Shown: in pieces, positions 19,001 through 26,213 of the stretch
Position numbering within the stretch: position 1 is the first letter of the stretch
How the letters are laid out: each line of letters begins with the position of its first letter
Assembly: GCA_030597865.1 (NCBI GenBank)
Contig: JAUVQZ010000003.1
Location: forward strand, 1-33,209
DNA: 33,209 nucleotides
Direction: 5' to 3'
Origin: Pseudomonadota bacterium
GTDB lineage: Bacteria > Desulfobacterota > Desulfobulbia > Desulfobulbales > SURF-16
Notes under the pieces: model-generated
The model's database searches: none
Seen by the model: only the letters and a program-made list of their open reading frames with translations
What the model was told of the DNA's origin: nothing
Position numbers and translations under genes: made by a program

Positions 19001-20297
19001 CGATGGTAAGCTTCATCAGCATGAAGTTGCCATGGACAAGGGTGGTGCCACCATCTACCTGGATATTTCAGCCAGCCCCTACCGGGATGGTAGTGGTGAG
19101 ATCATCGGCGGCGTGGAGAGCATCCGCGACATCACTGACCGCAAGGGGCTGGAGGCCCAGGTCCAGCAGGGCCAGAAGATGGAGGCCATGGGCACCCTGG
19201 CCGGCGGCATTGCCCATGACTTCAACAATATCCTGGCCGCCATCATGGGCTTTAATGAGATGGCCCTCCAGGACACGCCCGAGGACAACCCGATCCATCG
19301 GATGTTGAAACATGTGGCCAAGGGCGCGGAACGGGCCCGGGACCTGGTCCAGCAGATCCTCACCTTCAGCCGCAAGGCGGATCAGCACAAGGCCCCCATG
19401 CTCCTGCAGCCGGTCATCAAGGAGGTCTTAAAGCTGATGCGGGCCACCATACCCGCCACCATTGCCGTCAAGAGTAATATTGCCCCTGAGTGCGGCCTGG
19501 TTCTGGCCGATCCCACCCTGATCCACCAGTTGGTGATGAATCTCTGCACCAACTCCTATCATGCCATGCGGGAGACAGGCGGTCAGTTGTCCATCACTCT
19601 CCGCCCGCTGACGGTGGGCAGGGAGCTTGCTGAATCCATTGTGGATTTGCAGGAGGGCCCCTCTGTGCAGATCACGGTCAGCGACACCGGCCACGGCATG
19701 GAGCAGGCCACCCTTAAACGGATCTTTGAACCCTATTACACCACCAAGGCCCAGGGTGAGGGGACCGGCCTGGGTCTGGCTGTTGTCCACGGCATTGTCA
19801 CCGGTCTGGGCGGGGCAATCACCGTGGCCAGCGAGGTGGGGGGCGGTACCTCCTTCGATGTTTATTTGCCCCAGGCAGGAGAAGGGGAGCTCTGTGAAGT
19901 CCCTGGAAATAGTGGGGCTCTTGAGGGCCAGGGCCATATATTGCTGGTGGATGATGAAGAGGAGATCATCTCCTTTGGAAAGGAGATGCTTTCCCGTCTG
20001 GGCTATCAGGTCACCAGTTTTAACAGCAGTAGGGAGGCCCTGGAGGCCTTCAGGCAGAGTCCGAACGAATTTGAGCTGATCATCACCGACCAGACCATGC
20101 CTGAACTCACCGGCCTTGACCTGGCCCAGAGGATCATGGCGATACGGCCGGAGATGGCCATTCTTCTCATAAGCGGCTATAGTGTACAGGTGGATGCGGA
20201 GTCGTGCCGGGCCATGGGGCTCAGCGGTTATCTGAAAAAACCTTTTAATGGCTATGAGATGGGCGAGGCGGTAAGGAAGATTTTGAGCAGGGCCTAG
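16026..20297 (+). CDS. Cytoplasmic hybrid sensor histidine kinase (REC, about 7 PAS, HisKA, HATPase, REC)
   Basis: N-terminal REC, repeated PAS/PAC blocks ending in DIT/DIS/DVT/DLS, LAGGIAHDFNN H-box, NLCTNS, DTGHGM, GTGLGL, C-terminal REC (LLVDDE, TDQTMP, KP). No TM helix. Confidence 0.92.
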   Translation: MSNMLDDQQKILVVDDNPVILKLMTNFLAERQGHHVLTAANGLEALEILEDFVPDVIFVDWIMNKISGDQLCRIIRSKPQLQDCFLVILSSMAAEAEADLLAVGADAYIAKGPFKRTAQHIQTLLEEVALKTAKDFSQTILGLDEVHQRQATQELLRRNRHHELILQNISDGIIELASDTGIIDLSQGSRVIFANQAACRFIGGSEEKLLASRLTEHLSDADQKRLEGILAGIKDQPVTLGDDQPLLVNGRYLSVIFIPFVDNQEKYVIGVLRDITAKKKAEIALEKSGQRLQLATEDAKRKEYLLQSIITSAPVGISLAVGRKIYWANEKLSEITGYSAEELQGLSARMFYVNDEEFERVGQEIYGSIEKHGTGAAETQWQRKDGSIIDVLLNASSVDLQDFTDSVTFTVLDVTQQKKAERALHDSEQRLQLALEGADLGMWDWDIQSGSIYYSPRYLSMLGYGPTELPHTLATWEGLLHPDDLQPTRQHLLDCLAQEPSRWSLEFRLRAKDGGYLWILGRGQVVDYGPDGSPLRAAGTHLDITDHKRADEALKKSAREWSAAMDASDDIIYLLDMERRILRANRAFCRITGTTEEALIGRYIVDIMHLQQEEKRLCPICRIQEGKRDAEIILEANDPDNPTSFPLRVVVRVVRGDQGQPISMLMNLHDLSSQRQIEESLRRSKEEWEKTFDSMSDIVTIQDRDMRIVRANRAAHDMLGAELGDLNGQLCYRLFSGTTTPCSGCPEVDTLNSRESHSAIIRHEKLGKIFLVSSSPILDDNKEVQYLVHVAKDITEQRRLEEQQDMLYSLIQQSNDAIYVIDPVSADILFVNRQGLENLGYGCDEMVNLTIYDIAHRLASEEDWQQSLATIRRHGTYLFETSQRRKDNSLLPVEVNARVSRYNGQDFVVAVVRDISERKRAAEKVLQEKNKLEAVVSALGSGLTFQDRHFRVIYQNNVHKEMQGDQLGKFCYEAYHGRDKVCPGCLLAKCFVDGKLHQHEVAMDKGGATIYLDISASPYRDGSGEIIGGVESIRDITDRKGLEAQVQQGQKMEAMGTLAGGIAHDFNNILAAIMGFNEMALQDTPEDNPIHRMLKHVAKGAERARDLVQQILTFSRKADQHKAPMLLQPVIKEVLKLMRATIPATIAVKSNIAPECGLVLADPTLIHQLVMNLCTNSYHAMRETGGQLSITLRPLTVGRELAESIVDLQEGPSVQITVSDTGHGMEQATLKRIFEPYYTTKAQGEGTGLGLAVVHGIVTGLGGAITVASEVGGGTSFDVYLPQAGEGELCEVPGNSGALEGQGHILLVDDEEEIISFGKEMLSRLGYQVTSFNSSREALEAFRQSPNEFELIITDQTMPELTGLDLAQRIMAIRPEMAILLISGYSVQVDAESCRAMGLSGYLKKPFNGYEMGEAVRKILSRA

Positions 20298-20316
20298 GCC
20301 CTGCGGCATTGAGATC

Positions 20317-21702
20317 ATGGCAATAATTCTTATCATAGACGACGACCAGGAGCTGGCCACCATGCTCTCCATGATGGTGCAGCGCCTGGGCCATGAGGCC
20401 GTGACGGCCGCGACCCTGGAGAGTGGGGTCATGAAGGCGGCTGAGGGCAGCTTTGATGTGGTATTTCTCGATGTCAGGATGCCGGATGGCAACGGCCTGG
20501 AGAGGATACCGGAGATTCGCAGCACGGCCTCGGCCCCGGAGGTTATCATCATCACCGGTGTTGGCGACAGGAGCGGTGCCGAGCTTGCCATCATGAACGG
20601 GGCCTGGGACTATATTGAAAAGGCCTCCCTGGCTAGGGACTTCGAACTCCCCCTGGCCCGGGCCCTCCAGTACCGGCAGGAGAAGGGCCACAAGACGCCG
20701 GTGGCCCTGGAGCGCAACGAGATCATCGGCAAGAGCCCTCGGCTCCAGGGTTGCCTTGATCTTGTGGCCCAGGCAGCGGCCAGTCTGACCAATGTCCTGA
20801 TCACCGGCGAGACCGGCACCGGCAAGGAGCTCTTTGCCAAGGCTATTCACCAGAATAGTGAGCGGTTCACAAAGAGTTTTGTGGTGGTGGACTGCGCGGC
20901 CCTGCCTGACAGCCTGGTGGAAGGCATGCTCTTTGGCCATGTCAAGGGCGCCTTCACCGGCGCTGAGCGGGATCAGGACGGCCTGATCAGGCAGGCAGAT
21001 AGGGGCACCCTCTTTCTTGATGAGGTGGGAGAACTGCCCCTTAACCTGCAAAAGGCCTTTTTGCGAGCCCTGCAGGAGCGTCGTTTCCGGCCCCTGGGTG
21101 GTAAGCAGGAGGTGAGCAGCGACTTCAGGCTGATTGCGGCAACCAACCGCGATCTCTCTGCCATGGTCAAGGAGGGCAGCTTCCGCCAGGACCTTCTCTA
21201 CCGCCTCAACTCCCTGCACATCAGTCTGCCTGCCCTGCACCAGCGCCTGGAGGATATCCGGCCCCTGGCCCTCTCCTTTATCACCCGGTTCTGCGAACAG
21301 TACCGGATCCCGGCCAAGGGCATCACCTCAGACTTTTTCGAGGCCCTGGAGGCCCACGACTGGCCCGGCAATGTCAGGGAGTTGAAAAACACCATTGAAC
21401 AGGTCCTGGCCAGGTCCGGAGATGATCCCAACCTCTTTGCCAATCATCTGCCCATTAATATCCGGGTCCGCTTAACCACCTCCCATCTGCCGCCCGATAC
21501 TCCCGGCCAGGAAGAGCCAGTCCTGGCAAGCCTGATTGGCGGCGACCTTCCCTCCCTGAAGGAGTTTCGCAACCAGGCCTATCAGGCCTATGCCCAGCAG
21601 CTCCATGGCCAGTATGGCCACGACATCAAGGAGGCCTGTCAGGTCTCCGGCCTCTCCCGCTCCCGCCTCTACGCCTTTCTCCAAGACCATAAAAAATCAT
21701 AG
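20317..21702 (+). CDS. NtrC-family sigma54-dependent response regulator
   Basis: REC (IIDDD, LDVRMP), GETGTGKE, GAFTGA, LFLDEVGEL, WPGNVREL, C-terminal HTH. Confidence 0.92.
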   Translation: MAIILIIDDDQELATMLSMMVQRLGHEAVTAATLESGVMKAAEGSFDVVFLDVRMPDGNGLERIPEIRSTASAPEVIIITGVGDRSGAELAIMNGAWDYIEKASLARDFELPLARALQYRQEKGHKTPVALERNEIIGKSPRLQGCLDLVAQAAASLTNVLITGETGTGKELFAKAIHQNSERFTKSFVVVDCAALPDSLVEGMLFGHVKGAFTGAERDQDGLIRQADRGTLFLDEVGELPLNLQKAFLRALQERRFRPLGGKQEVSSDFRLIAATNRDLSAMVKEGSFRQDLLYRLNSLHISLPALHQRLEDIRPLALSFITRFCEQYRIPAKGITSDFFEALEAHDWPGNVRELKNTIEQVLARSGDDPNLFANHLPINIRVRLTTSHLPPDTPGQEEPVLASLIGGDLPSLKEFRNQAYQAYAQQLHGQYGHDIKEACQVSGLSRSRLYAFLQDHKKS

Positions 21703-21759
21703 GCAGCACCTCTCCCCCTCTTCTGCCTGCTGATACCTTGCCTTATTCCCATCCCTACG

Positions 21760-21812
21760 TCCTGAAAAACAGGAGCACCTGTCCTTGTTTTCAGGACAGG
21801 TGCTCCTGTTTT
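21760..21812. promoter_or_regulatory. Array of TCCTG-N5-CAGGA sites at 22-bp period that also forms a perfect 20-bp inverted repeat (putative enhancer and/or terminator)
   Basis: TCCTGAAAAACAGGA at 21760, TCCTTGTTTTCAGGA at 21782, half-site TCCTG at 21804. Arms 21766-21785 and 21793-21812 are exact reverse complements. Confidence 0.65.
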
Positions 21813-21991
21813 CTGCGCCCCACCCCTTTGCCCCACCTCTTCGTGGTGGTCTACCTGCCTGATATTAAAAGAAATATTTGAAAAATATTAGCGCAGTCAT
21901 TGGTTGGCATGAATTTTCTATAAGGTACGGGGACAGGGGGGAGTTTACGTTTTTAGTTATAATGCTGAAGCATCGAGGGAGAGACGTTTTA

Positions 21992-22783
21992 ATGGCGGAA
22001 CAAACAACGAGTGAGAGTGAGATAGTAGAGGAATCTGCAGAGCATGGTGCCATGGGCGGCGAACTCACCGGGTTCAGTGTGTCCAGCCTTATGCAGATGC
22101 TTCAGGCCGATAACCGTACCATCCTGGCTGATATCAAAGGCAAAGGGCTGCAGTGTGGAATCATCTATTTTGCCGAGGGTGAGCCGATAGATGCATCGTG
22201 CGGCAGCTTAAAGGGGGACAGTGCAATTTTGGCAATGATTGAGTGGGAGTCGGTGAATATCAGCTTTCAGGCACCCCCCACAAAGCCGCCCGCCAAGACA
22301 GTGAAACACTCCTCCATGGGTCTTCTCATGGAAGGCATGAGGTTGCGGGATGAGCGCAATGTCGCTCAACCTGAAATACGTGAAGAACAGACAAATCAAA
22401 ACAGTAGAGAAGGGGACAACGAAATGGCTGGATTAAAACAGATGATGAAGGATATCGCCGATGAGATGGATGGCGTCATAGCGGTTGGTGTTGTGGGTTT
22501 GGATGGTATGACCATTGCCGCCCATAATCCCACCGGAGTTGACATGGATGTTATTTCGGCAAAATTTGCCATGGTTATGAAGCTTGTGGAAAAGTCTGTT
22601 GATGACCTGAAAAGTTTAGGAAATTTTGAAGAAAATCTTGTCCAGACTGCCAATTCCTGGATGCTCACCCGCTTTTTGGACAAGCAGTATTACTTGGCCT
22701 GCATCGTCAGCCGCGAGGGGACCCTTGGTAATGTCCGGCTGGTGGCCAAGAAGTATCTCGATCAGGTCCAACGCGCCCTGTAG
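21992..22783 (+). CDS. DUF4388 (PatA_N-like) domain fused to a Roadblock/LC7 (MglB-like) domain
   Basis: GELTGFSVSSLMQML...GIIYF.EG..IDA...LLMEGMRLRDE (DUF4388 pattern), then DGVIAVGVVGLDGMTIA...LGNVRL (roadblock pattern). RBS GAGGGAG before ATG 21992. Confidence 0.7.
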   Translation: MAEQTTSESEIVEESAEHGAMGGELTGFSVSSLMQMLQADNRTILADIKGKGLQCGIIYFAEGEPIDASCGSLKGDSAILAMIEWESVNISFQAPPTKPPAKTVKHSSMGLLMEGMRLRDERNVAQPEIREEQTNQNSREGDNEMAGLKQMMKDIADEMDGVIAVGVVGLDGMTIAAHNPTGVDMDVISAKFAMVMKLVEKSVDDLKSLGNFEENLVQTANSWMLTRFLDKQYYLACIVSREGTLGNVRLVAKKYLDQVQRAL

Positions 22784-22826
22784 AGCTGTATACAACCGGA
22801 AATCTGAAAAAGTTTGAGGAGAGAAG

Positions 22827-23300
22827 ATGGCAACTGAAGAACAGAAAAAACAGAATATGATGCGGCTCATGACCCTGATGATCGGTGGCATGGCCAAGGC
22901 CCTTTATGACCTTTTTGGCGAAAGCGCCTTTGCCACCATGACAGAGGTGGGCAAGACCCTGCTCGCCATCATGGAGGATGAAATGGGCCTGGAGTTAGAC
23001 AGTGAAAACCCTGAAGAGGTTATCATGGAAATCGGCAGGATTTTCACCGATGAATTGGGTTTTGTCGCAGGCTTTGATGTGAAACGCGATGGCAACGACA
23101 TTATCTTGTCGGTGGACAGATGTGCCGGCTGGAACCTTACCCAGTCCATCATGAAGCTTGGGGTTGATGTGCCCTTTACCTGTCCGATCATGAATGTGGG
23201 CCAGGCAGCCCTATTAAAGATGGGCATCCATGCCCAGAAGAAAATCGCCCCCATTGAAGAGGTTCGTGGCTCAGCCATCACCTTCTCCATTATCGACTAA
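22827..23300 (+). CDS. V4R/MetOD1-like small-ligand-binding domain protein
   Basis: 157 aa, GAGGAG RBS. Helical N-terminus with G..L, then a beta region with two Cys (VDRC, FTCP) and a terminal TITF-like strand, as in V4R-fold proteins. Confidence 0.5.
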   Translation: MATEEQKKQNMMRLMTLMIGGMAKALYDLFGESAFATMTEVGKTLLAIMEDEMGLELDSENPEEVIMEIGRIFTDELGFVAGFDVKRDGNDIILSVDRCAGWNLTQSIMKLGVDVPFTCPIMNVGQAALLKMGIHAQKKIAPIEEVRGSAITFSIID

Positions 23301-23344
23301 GGGAGCAATCTTCGTCTCCAAGGGACAAAGACAGGTGAATCTCC

Positions 23345-24682
23345 ATGGCAGATGCTAGTCTCCAGACAGAGTCATGGCCGTTGGCCGGTGAAGCTCTCCA
23401 TGAAGAGCAGCCCATTTTCTCATGCCGGCCGGATTCCCTGTCCTTTGCCCAGGCAACATACTATCAGGATCTCCTCTATCGTACCCTGAAGATCGGGACA
23501 GAGCTTGAGTTTGCCCTGCCACAAAGGGTCAGGCGTGAGGATCTTGAAAAGGAGTTGACTGCTGAACTCAAGCCATCCCAGGATATGAACAACCTGGGAC
23601 GGCTTGGTGTTTTTGATATTTCCAAGGAACATTGCGGTATTGAGATTCGGGTGATCGGTCGCCATCCTCACTGGGATGCCCAGGTTCACCAGTACCGCCA
23701 GATCATGGCTCCCCTCTGGCGCAACAAGGTGCGCATGCGCCCTACCTGCGGTCTCCATTTTCACCTCCTTGGTGTCGGCCTCTCTGAACCGGTGCCGGAA
23801 ATCATTCTTGCCAATCTCTGGAACATCATGCGGCGCTATGGACCTGGCCTGAAATTTCTGACCAGCGGCGGTGAGTCCACGGCTGCCCTGTGCCGGCGAC
23901 GCCAGCATAATGCCCATCAGGAATTTATGCGCCGAGGCCCGGAGTCCCTCACCGTTGCGGAGATCCAGCAGCACCTCAAGAAAAGTTTCGACGTTCCTGA
24001 GCACCAAAACTTTTTCAACCTGGAGCATCTTCGTTTTAACGATAAGGGAGAGATTTCCACCTTCCATGTGGAGTTTCGTTTCCCGGATGGTGATCTCTCC
24101 CCCCTGTCCATCACTGCCAAGGTCTTTCTCTTTTTGGTCATGATGTTAAAGGCGGTGGAAATTTCAAAATTCGGCCTTCTCCATGTGGGCAAGACATCCC
24201 AGTGGCAACGCAAGAAAGAACTGTTGGACCTGATCAGCAATAATGACGGCAAGCTGGCCACCAGCGACACTGCGGCCTGTCTGCCATACCTTGACGAGTA
24301 CCGTCAAAACGCCTCAAGTTTATTACGATTTTTAAAATCAATCTTTATTCTTCTGGATAATCCCGCCGAGCTCATTCTCCAGTCCCTGGCTGAGAGCCCT
24401 ATATCCCTGCGGCGTCATAGGGGGCTTGACTGGCAACAGATCGATCAGGAGCTTCAGGGGCTGGTTGGCAGCGAGGAGAAGATGGATGAAGGTGATTACA
24501 AGCTCTGCAAAATAATTGAAATGGGCCTGGTGGAGCAAAAGGAAGATTTTCAGAGTTGGCTGGTCAGTGCCGCCTATCTCTGTAACTGTCCCCCTGAAGA
24601 GGTCAGCAAACGGCTGGAAAAATATGAGCGCCGCAACCCTATCTGGAGCCAGAAGTTGGGGTGTATGGTGTTTTTTCGATGA
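23345..24682 (+). CDS. Putative amidoligase (COOH-NH2 ligase, glutamine synthetase/GCS-like fold; Amidoligase_2-like)
   Basis: KIGTELEF (ExE), GIEI, TCGLHFH (GxHxH) and VEFR motifs in the expected order. Confidence 0.7.
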   Translation: MADASLQTESWPLAGEALHEEQPIFSCRPDSLSFAQATYYQDLLYRTLKIGTELEFALPQRVRREDLEKELTAELKPSQDMNNLGRLGVFDISKEHCGIEIRVIGRHPHWDAQVHQYRQIMAPLWRNKVRMRPTCGLHFHLLGVGLSEPVPEIILANLWNIMRRYGPGLKFLTSGGESTAALCRRRQHNAHQEFMRRGPESLTVAEIQQHLKKSFDVPEHQNFFNLEHLRFNDKGEISTFHVEFRFPDGDLSPLSITAKVFLFLVMMLKAVEISKFGLLHVGKTSQWQRKKELLDLISNNDGKLATSDTAACLPYLDEYRQNASSLLRFLKSIFILLDNPAELILQSLAESPISLRRHRGLDWQQIDQELQGLVGSEEKMDEGDYKLCKIIEMGLVEQKEDFQSWLVSAAYLCNCPPEEVSKRLEKYERRNPIWSQKLGCMVFFR

Positions 24683-24718
24683 AAGATAAGAGAGGCCTTT
24701 TGGCATGAGGAGCAGGGA

Positions 24719-25504
24719 ATGTGTGGTTTAGCCGGGTGTCTTATCGGCGCAGGGGCAGGCCGGCAGGAGCGGGCGAGGATCAAGGAGATCTTCCTTGCCA
24801 ATCTCCTGGCCAATGAACAACGGGGCAGGGAGGCAACCGGCGTGGTTGCCTGCCAGAGGGATGGCTCTTTTTCCTATGAAAAGGGGGCCATGCCTGCCTC
24901 ATCCTTTGTTGAACAGGAGGGGTGTAAAAACTTCTTCAGCGAAAAAATATGCGGGGAAACCGTTATCCTGCTGGGCCATACCCGGGATCCAACCAAGGGC
25001 ACGGTGCATAATAACGACAATAACCACCCCATTGTGGTGGGGGAAACCGTGGGGATCCATAACGGGGTCATCTCCAACGATGATTCCATCTTTGTGACGC
25101 TGATGCAGGACGGCCAGGATCGGCCCAGGATCGGTTCGGTGGACAGTGAGGCCATTTTCGCCCTGTTGGATCAGGTAGATGCCAACCAGCCTCTTGCCGG
25201 GTTCTGCAAGGGGCTCCAGCAGGCAAGCAGCCAGCTCCTGGGTTCATTCACCACCCTGTTCTTTAACAGAAAGTTCCCCACGACACTTTTTTGTTTACGC
25301 TACGAGAATCCGATCTCGATCCATTATGATCAAGATCTTAAGAGCCTCTTTTTCTCTTCACGCTATGTCTTTTTGCGTAAAACCTTTGGTCGGGCGGTCA
25401 TCTCCCCGGGCATGCCCGGCCGGACAGGTTTTGTTTTTGAGGCTGAAAAAATGAAAACTCAGGGCAAGACGCCAACCCTTACCTTTGACCTAAGTCAGAA
25501 CTAA
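24719..25504 (+). CDS. Class II (Ntn) glutamine amidotransferase, standalone
   Basis: N-terminal M-C-G (catalytic Cys), RG..ATG, LGHTR, NNHP, HNG, VDSE. Confidence 0.85.
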   Translation: MCGLAGCLIGAGAGRQERARIKEIFLANLLANEQRGREATGVVACQRDGSFSYEKGAMPASSFVEQEGCKNFFSEKICGETVILLGHTRDPTKGTVHNNDNNHPIVVGETVGIHNGVISNDDSIFVTLMQDGQDRPRIGSVDSEAIFALLDQVDANQPLAGFCKGLQQASSQLLGSFTTLFFNRKFPTTLFCLRYENPISIHYDQDLKSLFFSSRYVFLRKTFGRAVISPGMPGRTGFVFEAEKMKTQGKTPTLTFDLSQN

Positions 25505-25519
25505 AATACAGAGGCAAAA

Positions 25520-25915
25520 ATGAACGTAGGATTAAAGGATATCTTGGTACACCTGGAGAAAGAGCTTCCCGGCTTTGTGGCCTCTGCGGTTGTTTCGGTG
25601 GAGGATGGCCTTCCCCTGGCAGAGTATACCAAGAATAGTAATTTTGAGGCCGGAGAGGCTGCCGCCTATCTGGCCAGCATCGTTAAATCAAATCGCAAGG
25701 CCATTAAACTGCTGGAAGGTGGCCAGGTTACCGATGATCTGCTGATCACCACGGACAAGAATTATTTTTTGATCAGGCATGGTGTTGATAAGTCTTTTTT
25801 TATCTTTCTGATGACCTCCAAAAGTGAATGGCTTGGCAAGGCCCGGCTGCTGATCAAGAAGTATGAAGCCCTCATCAATTACGTCATGGAGAAAAAAATG
25901 AGCAGCCAGGAATAG
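25520..25915 (+). CDS. Roadblock/LC7 (MglB)-like protein
   Basis: 131 aa, LPGFVASAVVSVEDGLPLA...DDLLITT..YFLIR...LGKARL. Confidence 0.7.
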   Translation: MNVGLKDILVHLEKELPGFVASAVVSVEDGLPLAEYTKNSNFEAGEAAAYLASIVKSNRKAIKLLEGGQVTDDLLITTDKNYFLIRHGVDKSFFIFLMTSKSEWLGKARLLIKKYEALINYVMEKKMSSQE

Positions 25916-26005
25916 AGCAGCTCAGTCCTGAGTGGACCCACCCTCCCGGCGCTCAGAGGTGGACCAGAGATCAGATCCACCTCCTTCCTGTTATCCTTCC
26001 CCCAG

Positions 26006-26020
26006 TCCTGGAAAACAGGA
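26006..26020. promoter_or_regulatory. Isolated copy of the TCCTG-N5-CAGGA palindrome
   Basis: GTCCTGGAAAACAGGA versus GTCCTGAAAAACAGGA at 21759: 15/16 identical. Confidence 0.5.
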
Positions 26021-26060
26021 ATGAGGGCCGTTTTCGGATGCTGAAGGGGCCTCCCAGGTT

Positions 26061-26213
26061 ATCAGGGGTATGGCCAAGATGACAAGCGGCGTCAAGATCC
26101 TGTTGGATATCGACAGGGCATTATCATCAGAGGAGCTCATGGCCCTCAGTCAGCCAGCCCAAGGCAAGACATTTAAAGTTTTTATAGAGCACTTCAGAGA
26201 GATAAAAAGATGA
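26061..26213 (+). pseudogene. cheW: CheW C-terminal remnant
   Basis: Translates IRGMAKMTSGVKILLDIDRALSSEEL..., matching the deltaproteobacterial CheW end IxGMAKxxxxVKILLDIDRVL. Its stop overlaps the MCP start (ATGA). Confidence 0.65.

Noticed and set aside
19428-21240. Long minus-strand ORFs (388 aa and 331 aa) and similar antisense ORFs over GC-rich genes
   Set aside because: Shadow frames of well-supported plus-strand genes, with no recognisable motifs.
21760-21812. CRISPR-like array
   Set aside because: Only 2-3 short units at 22-bp period, no unique spacers and no cas genes.
21904-21920. Firm sigma54 promoter call for the amidoligase operon
   Set aside because: The -24 element is good (TTGGCATG) but the -12 position reads CT rather than GC. 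Mentioned only as tentative.
24719-25504. glmS or purF assignment
   Set aside because: Only the glutaminase domain is present, with no SIS or PRTase domain.
26140-26154. TGGCCCTCAGTCAGC as a sigma54 promoter for MCP2
   Set aside because: GG-N10-GC spacing fits, but it lacks the CACG and TT core and lies within the cheW remnant.
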